DNA of 63,731 nucleotides, counting the filler, from Choristocarpus tenellus KU-1152 (lineage: Eukaryota > Protista > Phaeophyceae), in the NCBI GenBank assembly GCA_964200185.2. It is 6 parts of 6 records of this genome, joined end to end, with 100 filler letters (N's around TTAATTAATTAA, not from the genome) between each part and the next. Parts side by side here need not be neighbours in the genome. Positions count along the whole stretch, not along the records: positions 44,088 to 53,487 come from CAXNAD020003709.1; positions 53,588 to 60,005 come from CAXNAD020008184.1; positions 60,106 to 63,731 come from CAXNAD020018879.1; 3 more parts are not named here. One strand, 5' to 3'. How positions within the stretch are numbered: position 1 is the first letter of the stretch; every line of letters starts with the position of its first letter. The notes under the pieces are model-generated. The model was not told where the DNA came from. It saw nothing but the letters and a program-made list of their open reading frames with translations, and did not search any database. This document shows positions 50,203 through 61,522 of this stretch, in pieces. The position numbers and the translations under genes are program-made.

Positions 50203-53200
50203 TGTGTCTGTTTGTCTTTGTGTCTGGGTGTGCATTTGTTTGATTGTGAGAGGACTGATATTGTTGTTCACTCTTGACTTTTTTTTTTTCTCTGTTGTGA
50301 GCATGATCGAAGAGTGTGGAATTAGGTAGCTCATCGGCAAGTTGTAGGTGAAGAGTGAGTATCAGTAGGTGTATATTGAAGGCGTGTTTGCTCGTGCGAG
50401 AGAAACGACTTTGCTCGGTCCTGACAATAGAAATAAAAGTTGTTCGAATCGCTGTTTTTTATGTTTCTGCCTTCTTTTTTTTTCTTTTTTTTTCTGACTA
50501 CGGTGTACACAAAAAAAATGGAGTTTAGGCTGGCTCTTTTCAAGAGCTTGGAATTTTAACCGAGGTTGTTGTAGATGGCTCTGCAATGGGATGTAGACAA
50601 TTGATAATTGTACTTGGTGTTAGGTCTTGACGTGGGGAAACAACAGGATTTGTGTGCGATACCAGGGAGTGAAGAGGGCAGCGAGCATCTTGTTTTGAAA
50701 TGGTTCTTGGGAAGCACCCTCAGGCTTGGAGGATGGATTGCTAACATCACGTCAACCTGATTGCGACCTTTGGCAATCTCAGGGATGGTAGATGAATCGA
50801 CAGAGTCTCTACTGAACTATGTTATAACATGAGCTGGGTGGGCATGGGGGTGGTCCTCAAGGCTTGGGACGGGTGATCCTTGATAGTGACAGAGCCGCCA
50901 TTCAAACACCAACCTTGGATGGCATGTTCTTGATACTCTGTAGTTCCTCGCCGTGACTCTCAGAATCCTTGTTTGAGGAGTGGCTGCAGAGCTTAAGACC
51001 TGGTCAGTGTTATATTCTCATCTCTAATCTGGTGGTTAATGTCAAGAAAAGGTGGACCAATCAGAGGGGATGCTTTTTTTTTTTCTGCTATAAGTTAATT
51101 TTTTTTTATCTCTAAAGTTGAAGGTCACGATGAAGTAGTGACCAAGGGGAGAGGATCTTTAATTTTTTTGTTATAATTATTTTGTTTATTTATGTTTGGT
51201 CGTGGTGTGTGATTTGATGACCCTCTTGATTTTTTTTCTTTTTCTCAGTTGAGACATTTTTTTTTTAATGTTTGGTCAAAATCTAAGGGTACACCTTTTC
51301 TTAAAGAAAAGAGCGTAGTGATATGGAAGTTTGAAGGGTGAACTGGAGTAGTACTCAAAAATGTATTGCATTGGCTATTGAGAGTATTTGGATAGGTATG
51401 ACCAGTTTTTGGTTTTGAAGCAACAGTCTTGGTCAGATACTTTTTTGATTGTTTTCTGTGGTTTGTATTCCTTTGTTGGACGAAGGTGTGCAGTCATGGT
51501 GTGGTCACTTGGATGGTTGGCCGGTATGTCATAATATCGTATTGAATGGTACTTCATCAAGTGTATCAGATCAAGTGGTATCATATCCAGTGTATCAGAT
51601 CAAGTGGTATCATATCAAGTGGTATCATATCCAGTGTATCATATCAAGTGGTATCGTATCAAGTGGTATCGTATCAAGTGGTATCGTATCAAGTGGTATC
51701 ATATCAGTCACTTGGGACGTGTGTTATGTCCAATGATAAAGTATCAAATCGTGTAACATTGCATTATCACATCATGTAACAATATAGTATCAAATCGTGT
51801 AAAAGTAGTACAGTATCAAATCATGTAACATCACAGTATCAAATCATGTAAAAGTAGTACAGTATCAAATCATGTAACATCACAGTATCAAATCATGTAA
51901 AAGTAGTACAGTATCAAATCATGTAACATCACAGTATCAAATCATGTAACATCACAGTATCAAATCGTGTAACATTGCATTATCAATCATGTAACAATAT
52001 AGTATCGCATCATGTAAAAGTAGTACAGTATCAAATCATGTAAAAGTAGTACAGTATCAAATCATGTAACATCACAGTATCAAATCATGTAACATCGCAG
52101 TATCAAATCATGTAACATCACGCTTTTTCTCTTGACACGGATTTCTTTTTCACCAAGTGATCTTGTGTCAAATATCATTGTATCAGATAGCATCACACCA
52201 TACTTTTGCTCTGGTGGAGGTTTGCTTTGTTGGCCAGCCTTTTGTCAGTTGGGACCAAAGAGTGTGTTGCCTCTTGGTTGTTGACCTTTGTTCCTTTCTG
52301 TGGTATGTCTTGATGGTTCAGGAGAGGGGAGTGAGCGATGACTAAGACTGATGATTGCTGGTGCTGAAGGTTACGTTTTTTTTTTTTTAATAGTAATTTA
52401 TTATTTTATTTAAGCGATCGGTCACTGAGGTGCAAAAAAAAATGTTACTATATTTTTTTATTAGTAGTAGTTCTGTAAGTTTGAGTAGAAAAGAGTGAAA
52501 AATAGAGAGTGTACTCTGTTGTGTGGTAGCCTACTTCAACTTGAGTCGTATATATATATTTTTAAATCTTAGAACAGAAGGTTAGGAGAAAAGGTTTCTA
52601 ATCGGGAGATAGACCCGCGCACAAATGGTGTATATTTAGTGATTGCTTTGAGGTCTCTGTATGAAGTAGAACGTTCAATGAGTGACGCTGCAGTGTTAGG
52701 GGATTAGGGTTAGGGTTAGGGTTGAAATACTCCTTCTGTTGGACGTCTTAGTCTTTTTTTTTCTTACATCATTGAAAAAATATATATTTCAGAATTTGTT
52801 CGCTAGGACCCAAGGAATTATTATGCTTTTTTGACCTCTGCAATGCCTTCCTACTCTTGATGAAGACAGTGGTATTTGTTGTAAGTGTTGTCTCTGTCTC
52901 TGTCTCTGTGTCTCTCTGTATTGATGCCTTAGAGAGTTGTGGTGTCCTTTTTTATTGCTTGAAAGGTTTAGGTTCACCTTCAAAGACAAGGCATATGTGT
53001 GGTCCAATGCATCTATTTCTCCTGCTGGGTGTTTTAGTTTCCTATTGCTCCTCTGGGTTTGAACTGTGTCTCCTGTCCCTGTCACGCTTGCGCTCAACAC
53101 ATCTATGCACTGTTGTGGCTAACCAAAATGTTGTTATTATTGTTATTATTATTATTATTATTATTAATATATTTTTTGTTTTGTTATTGGTGTGTGTACG

Positions 53201-53411
53201 GTTGATGCAGGACGAGGCCAGGGACCGTCCTCTGAACCTCCTGTTTCAGGTTATCAAGCGGAGCAAGACTAGGGGAGATGTGAAGATGACCTTGAGGGTT
53301 GGTCCTACTTCGCTGGATCGTGTTGATGGAGAACGCCTGCAGAATAGGGTGTCGTCCCTTCCTTTGCTGAGCATTGAGAAGGTGTACCTTTTCACAGATG
53401 ATGCCACTCAG
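48689..53411 (+). CDS. RME-8/DNAJC13 (GRV2)-like protein, N-terminal tandem PH-like region (partial; contig ends)
   Basis: In-phase GT-AG exons 48689-48798, 49094-49238, 50067-50165, 53211-53411. They give FVARFFATRLGFMRRKCRRMIALTND..., YKCRDRTSLL and FQVIKRSKTRGDVKMTLRVGPTSLDRVD, which parallel RME-8/GRV2 YLARYLVVKHSWRGRYKRI, FSTEHRTELL and [24 protein letters not shown]. Confidence 0.6.
51550..52120. repeat. Compound minisatellite: 15-bp (atatcaagtggtatc) array then 23/26-bp units with core acagtatcaaatcatgtaa
   Basis: Directly visible tandem units; the core recurs at 51810, 51833, 51859, 51882, 51908, 51931, 51954 and onward. Confidence 0.9.
52695..52723 (+). repeat. Short interstitial telomere-like (TTAGGG)n tract
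   Basis: gttaggggattagggttagggttagggttg; shorter tracts at about 44568-44582 and 49707-49718. Confidence 0.6.
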
Positions 53412-53487
53412 GTGTGGATGGGGTGGATGGGTGTGGAGGGGGGGGGGGGGGGGGTTGGAGGTGTAGCGTTCAGTTGGGGGTGGTGTG

Positions 53488-53587
53488 NNNNNNNNNNNNN
53501 NNNNNNNNNNNNNNNNNNNNNNNNNNNNNNNTTAATTAATTAANNNNNNNNNNNNNNNNNNNNNNNNNNNNNNNNNNNNNNNNNNNN
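53488..53587. other. Artificial contig-joining linker
   Basis: N-run/TTAATTAATTAA/N-run. Confidence 0.95.
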
Positions 53588-53750
53588 GGGGGGGGAGGAG
53601 AGGCGCTACACCAAGGTGTACATTTGAGCCCTAACCCGGAGAAGTGAACTGACATTACACATCCGACACATGCAACCAAATTCACCCAAAAATCGCGAAA
53701 TTGAAAAATGGGCTCCGAATGGACAGCCGTCACCCCCCCCAAAATACTTT
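53588..53750 (-). mobile_element. MITE-like family B copy (one end truncated by the gap)
   Basis: The reverse complement aligns with 21481-21640 (ggctgtccatt, cgcgatttttgggtga, caaatgtacaccttggtgtag). Confidence 0.7.
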
Positions 53751-54149
53751 TTTGGTACCAAGTATGGTATTATCACAATAGTTACGCAACGATCAGGTAG
53801 TAGCTTCATGTAGTTTTTAGTTTTAAAGTGACTTAGTATATACAAAGTAGGAAGTCTCTTCGATTAGGGGTGTTTAGTGGAGCACCCACCCACTTATCTG
53901 GAAAATTTTTAGCTTCCATCCAGTACGAAGTTGGAGGTGAGGTTTGAGCAGAGGAGTATTACGTTACACGATTTAAAGTACCATGAAAGTATTAATTATT
54001 GGAGTTTTATTTATTTTATTATTTTGCCCTCTAACATTTTCAGATGTGTCATCAGGGGAAAAACTTACGAAAAGCCAATTTAATATCAGAACAACCCTTG
54101 TAATAATAATAGTTGTCATTCACGAGAAATATATTTTTCTACTTCCATT

Positions 54150-54990
54150 TATTTTAGTATTATGTCTTCTAACATTTTACAGATGTGTCAGGGGAAAAAC
54201 CAGTGAATACTACTCACATGTCAGAAAAATCCCTAAAAAAGTAACAGCTGTCATAAATGTGAAAAACATAAATAACCTGTTTACTATTTGACTACCACCA
54301 CCTATGCCACACCACTCCCCTCCTAAGCCCCCAACCTAGCTTAGCCCTACACCACAGGGTGAGGAGCCAGGGAAGAATCCAAAGAATCTGACAAGGCCCT
54401 CCTTGCCCATTTCCATGGTGTCTCGCGCTTAAAACGTATGACACGTGTTGATAGAGCCACTTGTGTTGTGACAGGCAGTATCTGTCGTAAAAGGGATTTG
54501 ACAGCTCCTTTCCTGCTCTAGCCTCCCGCCCCTCTCCCCCCTACTGTGTGCGTAGCCAACGCACCCAGAAAATTTTCCACTTGCTTACCGAGCCGCCCAA
54601 AACTTCCACCACGAAGGTGTTGAGGTTAGAACAACGAGGATCAATTACCCTTATAGTGGGTGTGGTTTCGCGGCTCAGCTGCTGCAGCAGCTACACCATT
54701 GCTGGTGGATGAGGTAGATGGGAGGGCTGTTCTTACTTCTCCAAATGCATCACCCAGGAGGCTCCTTTATCCCGGTAGGGAGCTGATCCGGCGTCTGCAA
54801 GTGCCCCAGCATGGAAGACCAGATCCACGTGGAAATTCCTGTCCACTGTGAACGGGCTACCGTCCTCCATAGTGCAAGGGATGTGCATGCCCATTCCTTT
54901 CCAGAGAGTTGACGCATGCATTTTTCCCTTGTCCACACTTGCCCTGGTGGGGGGTCAGGGCTAGCGAAGAACTCTCGCTCCCTTGTTTTG
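54150..54990 (-). mobile_element. 5'-truncated RLE-type (CRE-like) non-LTR retrotransposon fragment
   Basis: Minus strand EDGSPFTVDRNFHVDLVFHAGALADAGSAPYRDK, then NLNTFVV/SFGRLGKQ, then VTTQVALSTRVIRFK, followed by a 3' UTR homologous to 55300-55570. Confidence 0.7.
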
Positions 54991-55059
54991 CATCTTCTGG
55001 TAGGTTGACTGATTGCGTCCAGAAAGAGACGAAGCAGATCCTGTTTAGGGACTTAAGTT

Positions 55060-55570
55060 AATATCACAATGCGTAGTTATAACCTTAACACCTTTGCGGT
55101 GGAAAGCTTTGGGCGCCTCGGCAAGCAAGCGGAATGCTTCCTGGATGAGCTGACTACTCACATGATAGGGGGGAGAGAAGCGGGAGGATACTGCCGGAAA
55201 GGAGTAGCTAAATCCAGGCTACACCAAAGTGTTTCGGTGACTGCGCAAGTGGCATTGTCTCGACGTGTCATGCGCTTCAAACTAGAGTCACCAGGGAGAT
55301 GAGCACGGAGGGATCTGTTGGATTCTTGGGATGCCTTCCTAGCTCCCCCCCCGGGGCACAGGAAGTAGGTAGATGGGAAGCACAGGAAGACAGTAGTACA
55401 ACATTTGATAGTGGTGAAGTAACTGATCAGTGGTTTCCACACAGTGTTTTACAGTGTTCTCACGTCTAGGATATTTTATTTCTTTAGGGCTAATAACGAC
55501 ATACGTATAGTTTTCATTGGTTTTTGCCCCTGACAAATCTGCAAAATGTTAGAAGGCATAATAATAATAT
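55060..55570 (+). mobile_element. 5'-truncated RLE-type (CRE-like) non-LTR retrotransposon 3' end with (AAT)n tail
   Basis: ORF 55069-55302 RSYNLNTFAVESFGRLGKQAECFLDEL...SVSVTAQVALSRRVMRFKL is typical of the end of the RLE endonuclease domain. The UTR ends ...gttagaaggcataataataat. Confidence 0.75.
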
Positions 55571-55835
55571 GTGTATATTATTATCCCCTCACACATTTTA
55601 TAATATTTTTTATTATTTTGCTGTGGTAACATTTATCACATTGCATTTATATATCGTAAATTTTTGAACACAGCAAAATTATAGTTAAAAAATTCATTTT
55701 CCATGACTAAGACGTTGTTCAGGCATGATCTATGGTTGTAATGAAGGGAATGAGAAGAAAAATAGGTATAGCAATACAGGAAACCTGGCTTTTGAGGTGA
55801 GACATTAGCAAAATGTTGGAGGACATAGTACTTAC

Positions 55836-56541
55836 TATTGATGTGTCAAGGAAAAAGCCAAAACATATCAGAAGGACCCCTGCGAAAGCAACAAAAGTTG
55901 TAAATGCCAAAGGTACCTCCCCGAAAACTACTTACTTTTTGAGTACTAGTTATACTCCGCCACTCCCTTAAATATTAGTGATTACAATAATATAGTAGAC
56001 GAACGCTGTAAGTAGTTTGTCTTCACTAGTTCAAACCGAAAAGTTCTTCCGACACAATGAGTTGGAGTGTTTGTAGAACTCTATTTATATAACTCATATA
56101 TATTTGGAAACAAGAAAATAAGAAACCTGAGATGTGGCCATCACCCATACGTAGGCATTATCTCATTGTCGTTACCTTCTTGTTCCTTCCATGTATCAAT
56201 CATTGTAATGCTAAAAGTATGAGAGGTAGCCACTCATATTTTGAAGTACTTGGAAATATGGTTTGTGAGTGCTTGAAAGTCCCTTCCTACTTATGGGTAT
56301 GGTAGTAGTAGTACATGTTAGCGTTTGTGTGGTGTCAGGTATCAGGGAGGGACAAGAAGAGGATGAAAGAGGACCAATGGGTCACTCATTGTGATATTAT
56401 GTTTGATATGAACTACTTTCACCTGATCACCATGAATTACAATAAATGTACCATAAACTAACCCAAATGTGACGCACAACGGCACAAAACCAACGGCATA
56501 ACCAGTGACGGAATAAGTTATATAACCCGCAAACTTCAACT
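55836..56541 (-). CDS. Possible small membrane-protein exons divergent from OGT
   Basis: Two hydrophobic, splice-bounded, in-phase segments: about 56541-56423 (LKFAGYITYSVTGYAVGFVPLCVTFGLVYGTFIVIHGDQ) and 55916-55836 (VPLAFTTFVAFAGVLLICFGFFLDTSI). Confidence 0.35.
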
Positions 56542-57352
56542 CTAATATTTTTTGTTGTTCTACTTTCTACAATTTTGTAGAGCAGTAATCTCTCAGGTTT
56601 TGTTCCTGAGTGATGTCCACAAAGATGTTCGAAATGATGAGTATCTCGCTGGCTCTAGATGAGTTTGGGGTGCAAATCCGTCAGTGGTGTACTAGTTGTC
56701 ACCTTGTCACAGATGTATTGAGTCCTGAAGTAGTTAGGTATCCTGCCATAACGTGAAGTCGGAATTTAAATATTTTCCGAATTTGCCGATGATATAGAAA
56801 GTCAAACACAGAAATATTGTCAATCCCTAGAAGACGGTAATCATTTTGTGATGATGTCACCCTCCAACAATCTACCCTGTTTTAATTTAACGAACAGAAT
56901 AGAAGCCTTCTCAAGGTTTCTGTTTTCAATTTTGAACTGAAAAACAAAAAGATATATACGTACAATCCACATCAATCTGAATGAGCTGGGTAAGCACTTT
57001 TCAGATGCAAATACTCTCCATGTCGCCGTTTCGTGTAAGGGTTCACGCCACTGCAATTATAGAGCTCTACTTGTACAGTGTGGCCGAAACCAAACCCACC
57101 CCACAAGTAGTGGTTTCCCAATCAGCTTGACTTGGCACACCTGTCACAGCGGAACACTGCTGCTGCAATCTAGGTTGTGGAGTTTAGCCACATTGCATGG
57201 CAACCCCCTGCCGACGGGCTTGTGGCTCGCTGTGTACTGTCCTTGGGATGCCGCTTGGTGACCCGCTTGAGACAGGACATCCCTTACCTGGAACGTAACT
57301 CAGATTGGCTGCACGAGTAGATTCATTTGTTCACATCGACTTAGGAGGAGAA

Positions 57353-59654
57353 ATGACAGAGAACCCTGGAATGCCGTACTGGGGTGGGGCTTTGGATGGA
57401 GTGGGTTCATCGCTGCAAGGGACCATCGCTTCGACTGCAGACTCCACGCTGTTGGTACACCGGTCAATGGACCCCACTGACAAAAAGGTGAATGAGGTAG
57501 TAGCGGACATGATGCTTGGATAAGACGTGCATCATTTGATCAATCCGATGAGTTGTACTACTTCAATCCATAGTGCACCAGACCTTGTGGCGTTGTTTTC
57601 CTGGTATACCCCCAGAGTATAGCAGTCATGATTTCAATTTGGAATCCAGGACAAGGCTGTATAGGGTGGTCGGTTCTAGTTAGCCTGATCCACATCACCT
57701 GGTCGTTTTGCCACTACTTCACTGCCCCCAGCTCTCATCAACCCGAAACCACCTACGTAGGAAAATTACAGGGTAGGCACCAAGGGATTGCACACTGCTA
57801 TCTACTCGTTTTGTAGCACAGGATCAGACCGATTATAGCTCGTTTGCACTGGAAAGGTGGACCTGTTGTCGAGTTGATCATCGCGTTTGCCCCTGCGAAT
57901 ATCATTGTCTACCCCCCGACCTTACCTATTTGATCACCTGCAGATGCTAGATGCCAAGATCGGACTAATGATCCAGGCAGCTCATCAAGATTATGCCTCT
58001 GGCAGGTAGGTTTAGGTTCAGCCACCCTGCTTGGTTGTGTTAAATACGCTGATTTAGATATTTTCATGTTACGGAGAGAGGACTAAAATATAGTGCCCTT
58101 CAAGGTTGAAGTTATCACTAATGAATGTGAAACTTGTATCCTAGAGGTGTTTGGATTGGAAGCCGCCAAGCACTCGACCGAGCTCTATAATGTGTTGTGA
58201 TGCTACAACAAATACCCCTTTGTGTCCTACTCTTACGTGGAAAGTCAGGTTGACTACTTCAATGTTGTCCTTGACTGTTAGCAGGTGCTGTCCGCTTGCT
58301 GTGGCCATAACCATACTTTGGATGAGAAGAGTTAAACCTCTTCAGTAAGAGTAACGTACATTTTCTTGTCTTGTCTCCCCATTGCTGATCTTATTCGTTT
58401 GTGAGAAAGGTACAAGGAGGCGCAGGCATTTTGTGAGGCTGTGTATCACGTGGATACCTACAGGACGGAGAATCTCCTCCTTTTGGGGGCTATACATTTT
58501 CAGCTTCGGAATTTCAGCGAGTGCATACTCTATAACCAGGTGTGCCCTTATTTGCAGTAAGCTTGCAAAGATCCGTGTGCTGAGAAGATTTGGAATGGGG
58601 TTCAGTACAATGGTGGCAGGAGCTGTGTCAACTATACAATTATTTTCACTGTAGGTTTCATGACCCCTTGTTATCATCTCAAATTGTCCTATTGTACTGT
58701 CCTATCGGGCATAGTGGTTTGGTGTGTCCCTGTCAAATTTAGTAAGGTACTCTTAATATTTCAAAGTATATGTAATACATTTAAATGTATGGTGTAGCTG
58801 GTGTTTGTTATGAATGGTAAGTACTTTTTACATTGTACAACACCGCCATTGATATTGCCTTCAATTGCCAAGCAAATAAAAAAGGTGAGGCTTCAGCACC
58901 TGGATTGGCTTGGCAAAGGGAACACTGTTGGGTGTATCTATGTAAGGGTCCTACAATGGATTGCAGCAGTACCATCCGTCATCTTTCTGATCGCAACCAG
59001 AATGTGTGTGCAACGTTGCACCACATACGAAGTGATCGACAAAAGCTCTGAAATTTTTAGTCCCAACCAATGTTCTTTGCCACCTCTGCATTGCACAAAA
59101 TTGGTATTTTACAGCAATGCATACGCATTGAGCCATCCTTTGCAGAAGCATACAGCAACCTAGGGAATGCGCTCAAGGAGCTGGGAGACGTAAACGGTGC
59201 CATTCAGTTCTACCTGAAGGTACGCCTTTGCTTTCCTTCCCCTCCTCAAAACACAATTGCACAATCTTGGACATATTTGTTTCTCTTTTTGTTCCTAGAT
59301 TGATTGGCATCCTGTAACAGCAATGTGCACAAGTGGTGTTTACAGTCAGATCCTTATGAAGAGATGGGCTGGGATTTGAACTTATTGGACACCCTGGGGA
59401 GCACTGAGCGCAGCAGCCTGCACCCCTGAGGTGCGATCTACTGGACTCTTGCCTTTTGCTTTTCATGCTCTATCTGTTATTGTTGCCCTTCCCACCCTCC
59501 CCCTCCCCGTTCGTGCACTCCCCTGCTCTCCCCCCATTTTCACCTGAACACGCAGGCAGTCAAGCTCAAGCCACGATTCTGTGATGCTTACAACAACCTT
59601 GCTTCGGCACATATGCAGCTAGGGCAGACACAGGAGGCTATTGAGACCTACCAG
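57353..59654 (+). CDS. OGT: O-GlcNAc transferase, SEC/OGT type, N-terminal TPR region (3'-truncated by contig end)
   Basis: In-phase exons 57353-57487, 57944-58005, 58410-58539, 59115-59219, 59556-59654. They give AHQDYASGRYKEA...RTENLLLLGAIHFQLRNFSECI...IRIEPSFAEAYSNLGNALKELGD...AVKLKPRFCDAYNNLASAHMQ, matching the first TPRs of SEC/OGT. Confidence 0.88.
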
Positions 59655-60005
59655 GTACTCCTTTATTCCCTCCTGGTCCTTGCAATCGTTCCTGACAAGC
59701 CCTGCAGATGAATAGGCATGCTTGGTGTTTTCTAATGTATTGGTTTAAGTTATTCTGAAGTAGCTACTGCTATATACTTACAGCCAATGATTCTTATTAT
59801 TCTGTTCCATTGCTCTAAGTGAGGCCATTGCCTGAACGTCTGCAATTTTGGGTGGGGGTCCTGTTCCTTGAAGTGGATACGTAGAAGATGATATTTGTGA
59901 TCTCTAATTGTTACTAGCCAAGGGATGGAAAAGGGGGGGGGGGGGGGGGGGGGGACAAAATTTTGTTTTTGGGGGTGTGTGGGGGGGGGGGGGTGGGGGG
60001 GTGTT

Positions 60006-60105
60006 NNNNNNNNNNNNNNNNNNNNNNNNNNNNNNNNNNNNNNNNNNNNTTAATTAATTAANNNNNNNNNNNNNNNNNNNNNNNNNNNNNNNNNNNNNNN
60101 NNNNN
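60006..60105. other. Artificial contig-joining linker
   Basis: N-run/TTAATTAATTAA/N-run. Confidence 0.95.
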
Positions 60106-60242
60106 GCGTTATGAAAAGGTGTGTCCGAAGAAGGATATTGACACTTCCCAACAAACGCGATAGCCAAAATTACATCAAAATCACAACATTGGATTTTGGC
60201 CCCCGAATGGACGCGGCTCTACCTTCTAAGACAATTTGACTC
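60106..60242 (-). mobile_element. MITE-like family A, copy 6 (truncated by the gap)
   Basis: gaaaaggtgtgtccg...ggatattgacacttcc...ttggattttggcccccgaatggac...taagacaatttgactc. Confidence 0.85.
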
Positions 60243-60932
60243 AGAAAGAAGAAAGCAATCCCAGAAAGAGTTTATTCTTTGCCCTTCAACAGTCTCCTCC
60301 CCACCTGCTGCTTCCCTTTCTCAACTCATTCCTGACCCAAGCATATCAAGCACAATATTCTCATCCTTATGAATTAACACCAACCCTCCACTCATCTATG
60401 TCCTTTGCCTAGGTGCTCAGGCTACCTTTGCCCTACATGGGTTGGGCTTCTTCTGATGAACCACCACTCCTCGCAAATGGATCAGCTTCTATACTCACTC
60501 ATGGGTCCAAGGCACGTGTTGAACATATTATGCCCACCTTTATCTTCATGTACTAGCTGCTTCACATGCATACCTGTAGGTGTCATTGCTTGTATCTTTC
60601 CTTTGGAACAATTGTTAGCAAGCTCACACAAATGATCTAGTCGCCCCCAAAACGATGGCACACCCTGGAGTGAAGTCAAAGTAAACGAGAGATACCCAGG
60701 TTTGGGTCGTTTTCCATTTTAAGCCACTTTTTTCACATCTTGAATTTCACGCCATCTCCACGGATGAAGTGTTAAGATTGACTTGAGAGCGTTGATTTCT
60801 CTGTTGTTTGAATTTTCTCAACAGAATTCAGAAATTCCCTGTACATATTTGTATCAAAAGTCAAGTTTTGCATATTTGTCATCAGTAGTTCTTCTAAAAG
60901 ACACTAAACTGGTTTTCTTTTTCTCTTTATAG

Positions 60933-61190
60933 GACCTAAAGCATTTAAGAGGGTACGAGTTTTGCCCTGTTTGTCCGTTTGGGGCTTGACTTCCCACGGG
61001 TTTTTTATGCCCTTCTTCGGTTTTCTGTGTGAACATTAGTTACGAAAAATGTATTTATGTATCTGTGAGAGATGTGTCCGGAGCAAGGATATTGACACGT
61101 GCTAACAAACATATTAGCCAAAATTTATCAAAATCGCAACATTGGATTTATGTAACAGAAGCGACCCTACCCTCTTAAATGCTTTGACTC
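60933..61190 (-). mobile_element. MITE-like family A variant (copy 7) with altered TIRs and a different centre
   Basis: aaagcatttaagagggta ... taccctcttaaatgcttt (perfect 18-bp IR); shared core ggatattgacac...aaaatcgcaacattggattt. Confidence 0.8.
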
Positions 61191-61522
61191 TGATTTTCCC
61201 ACATCTTTGGAGCTCATGTGTGAAATGTATTTTTTTTGCACCCGATGCAAATTCTATTTTACCAAACCCACCCCTCTCTATGTCCGGGACACAACACTCC
61301 TAGGAGAAGTATGCACAACCTCCCCTTCACTCCTTTGTCACCAATAGACTCGAGAATTTGCCCATATATATATATATATATATACATGTCACTGATTTAC
61401 AAGGATTGTATCGTTCCACCTTAAGATCAACTTATAAGAATGCAGCCTTCACTCATAATACCGAGTTTGGAATGTCCTGCACTCGATTTTACCACCCTCC
61501 TGGACGCTTCCTGTACTGCTAG

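Noticed and set aside
51740-52120. CRISPR-like array
   Set aside because: The linkers are 4-7 nt and recurrent rather than unique spacers of about 30 nt; the context is a eukaryotic intron and there are no cas genes.
5521-59654. Apparent nutrient-sensing cluster (RagC + arginase + OGT)
   Set aside because: The three genes lie on different contigs joined by artificial linkers, so their proximity is not evidence of linkage.
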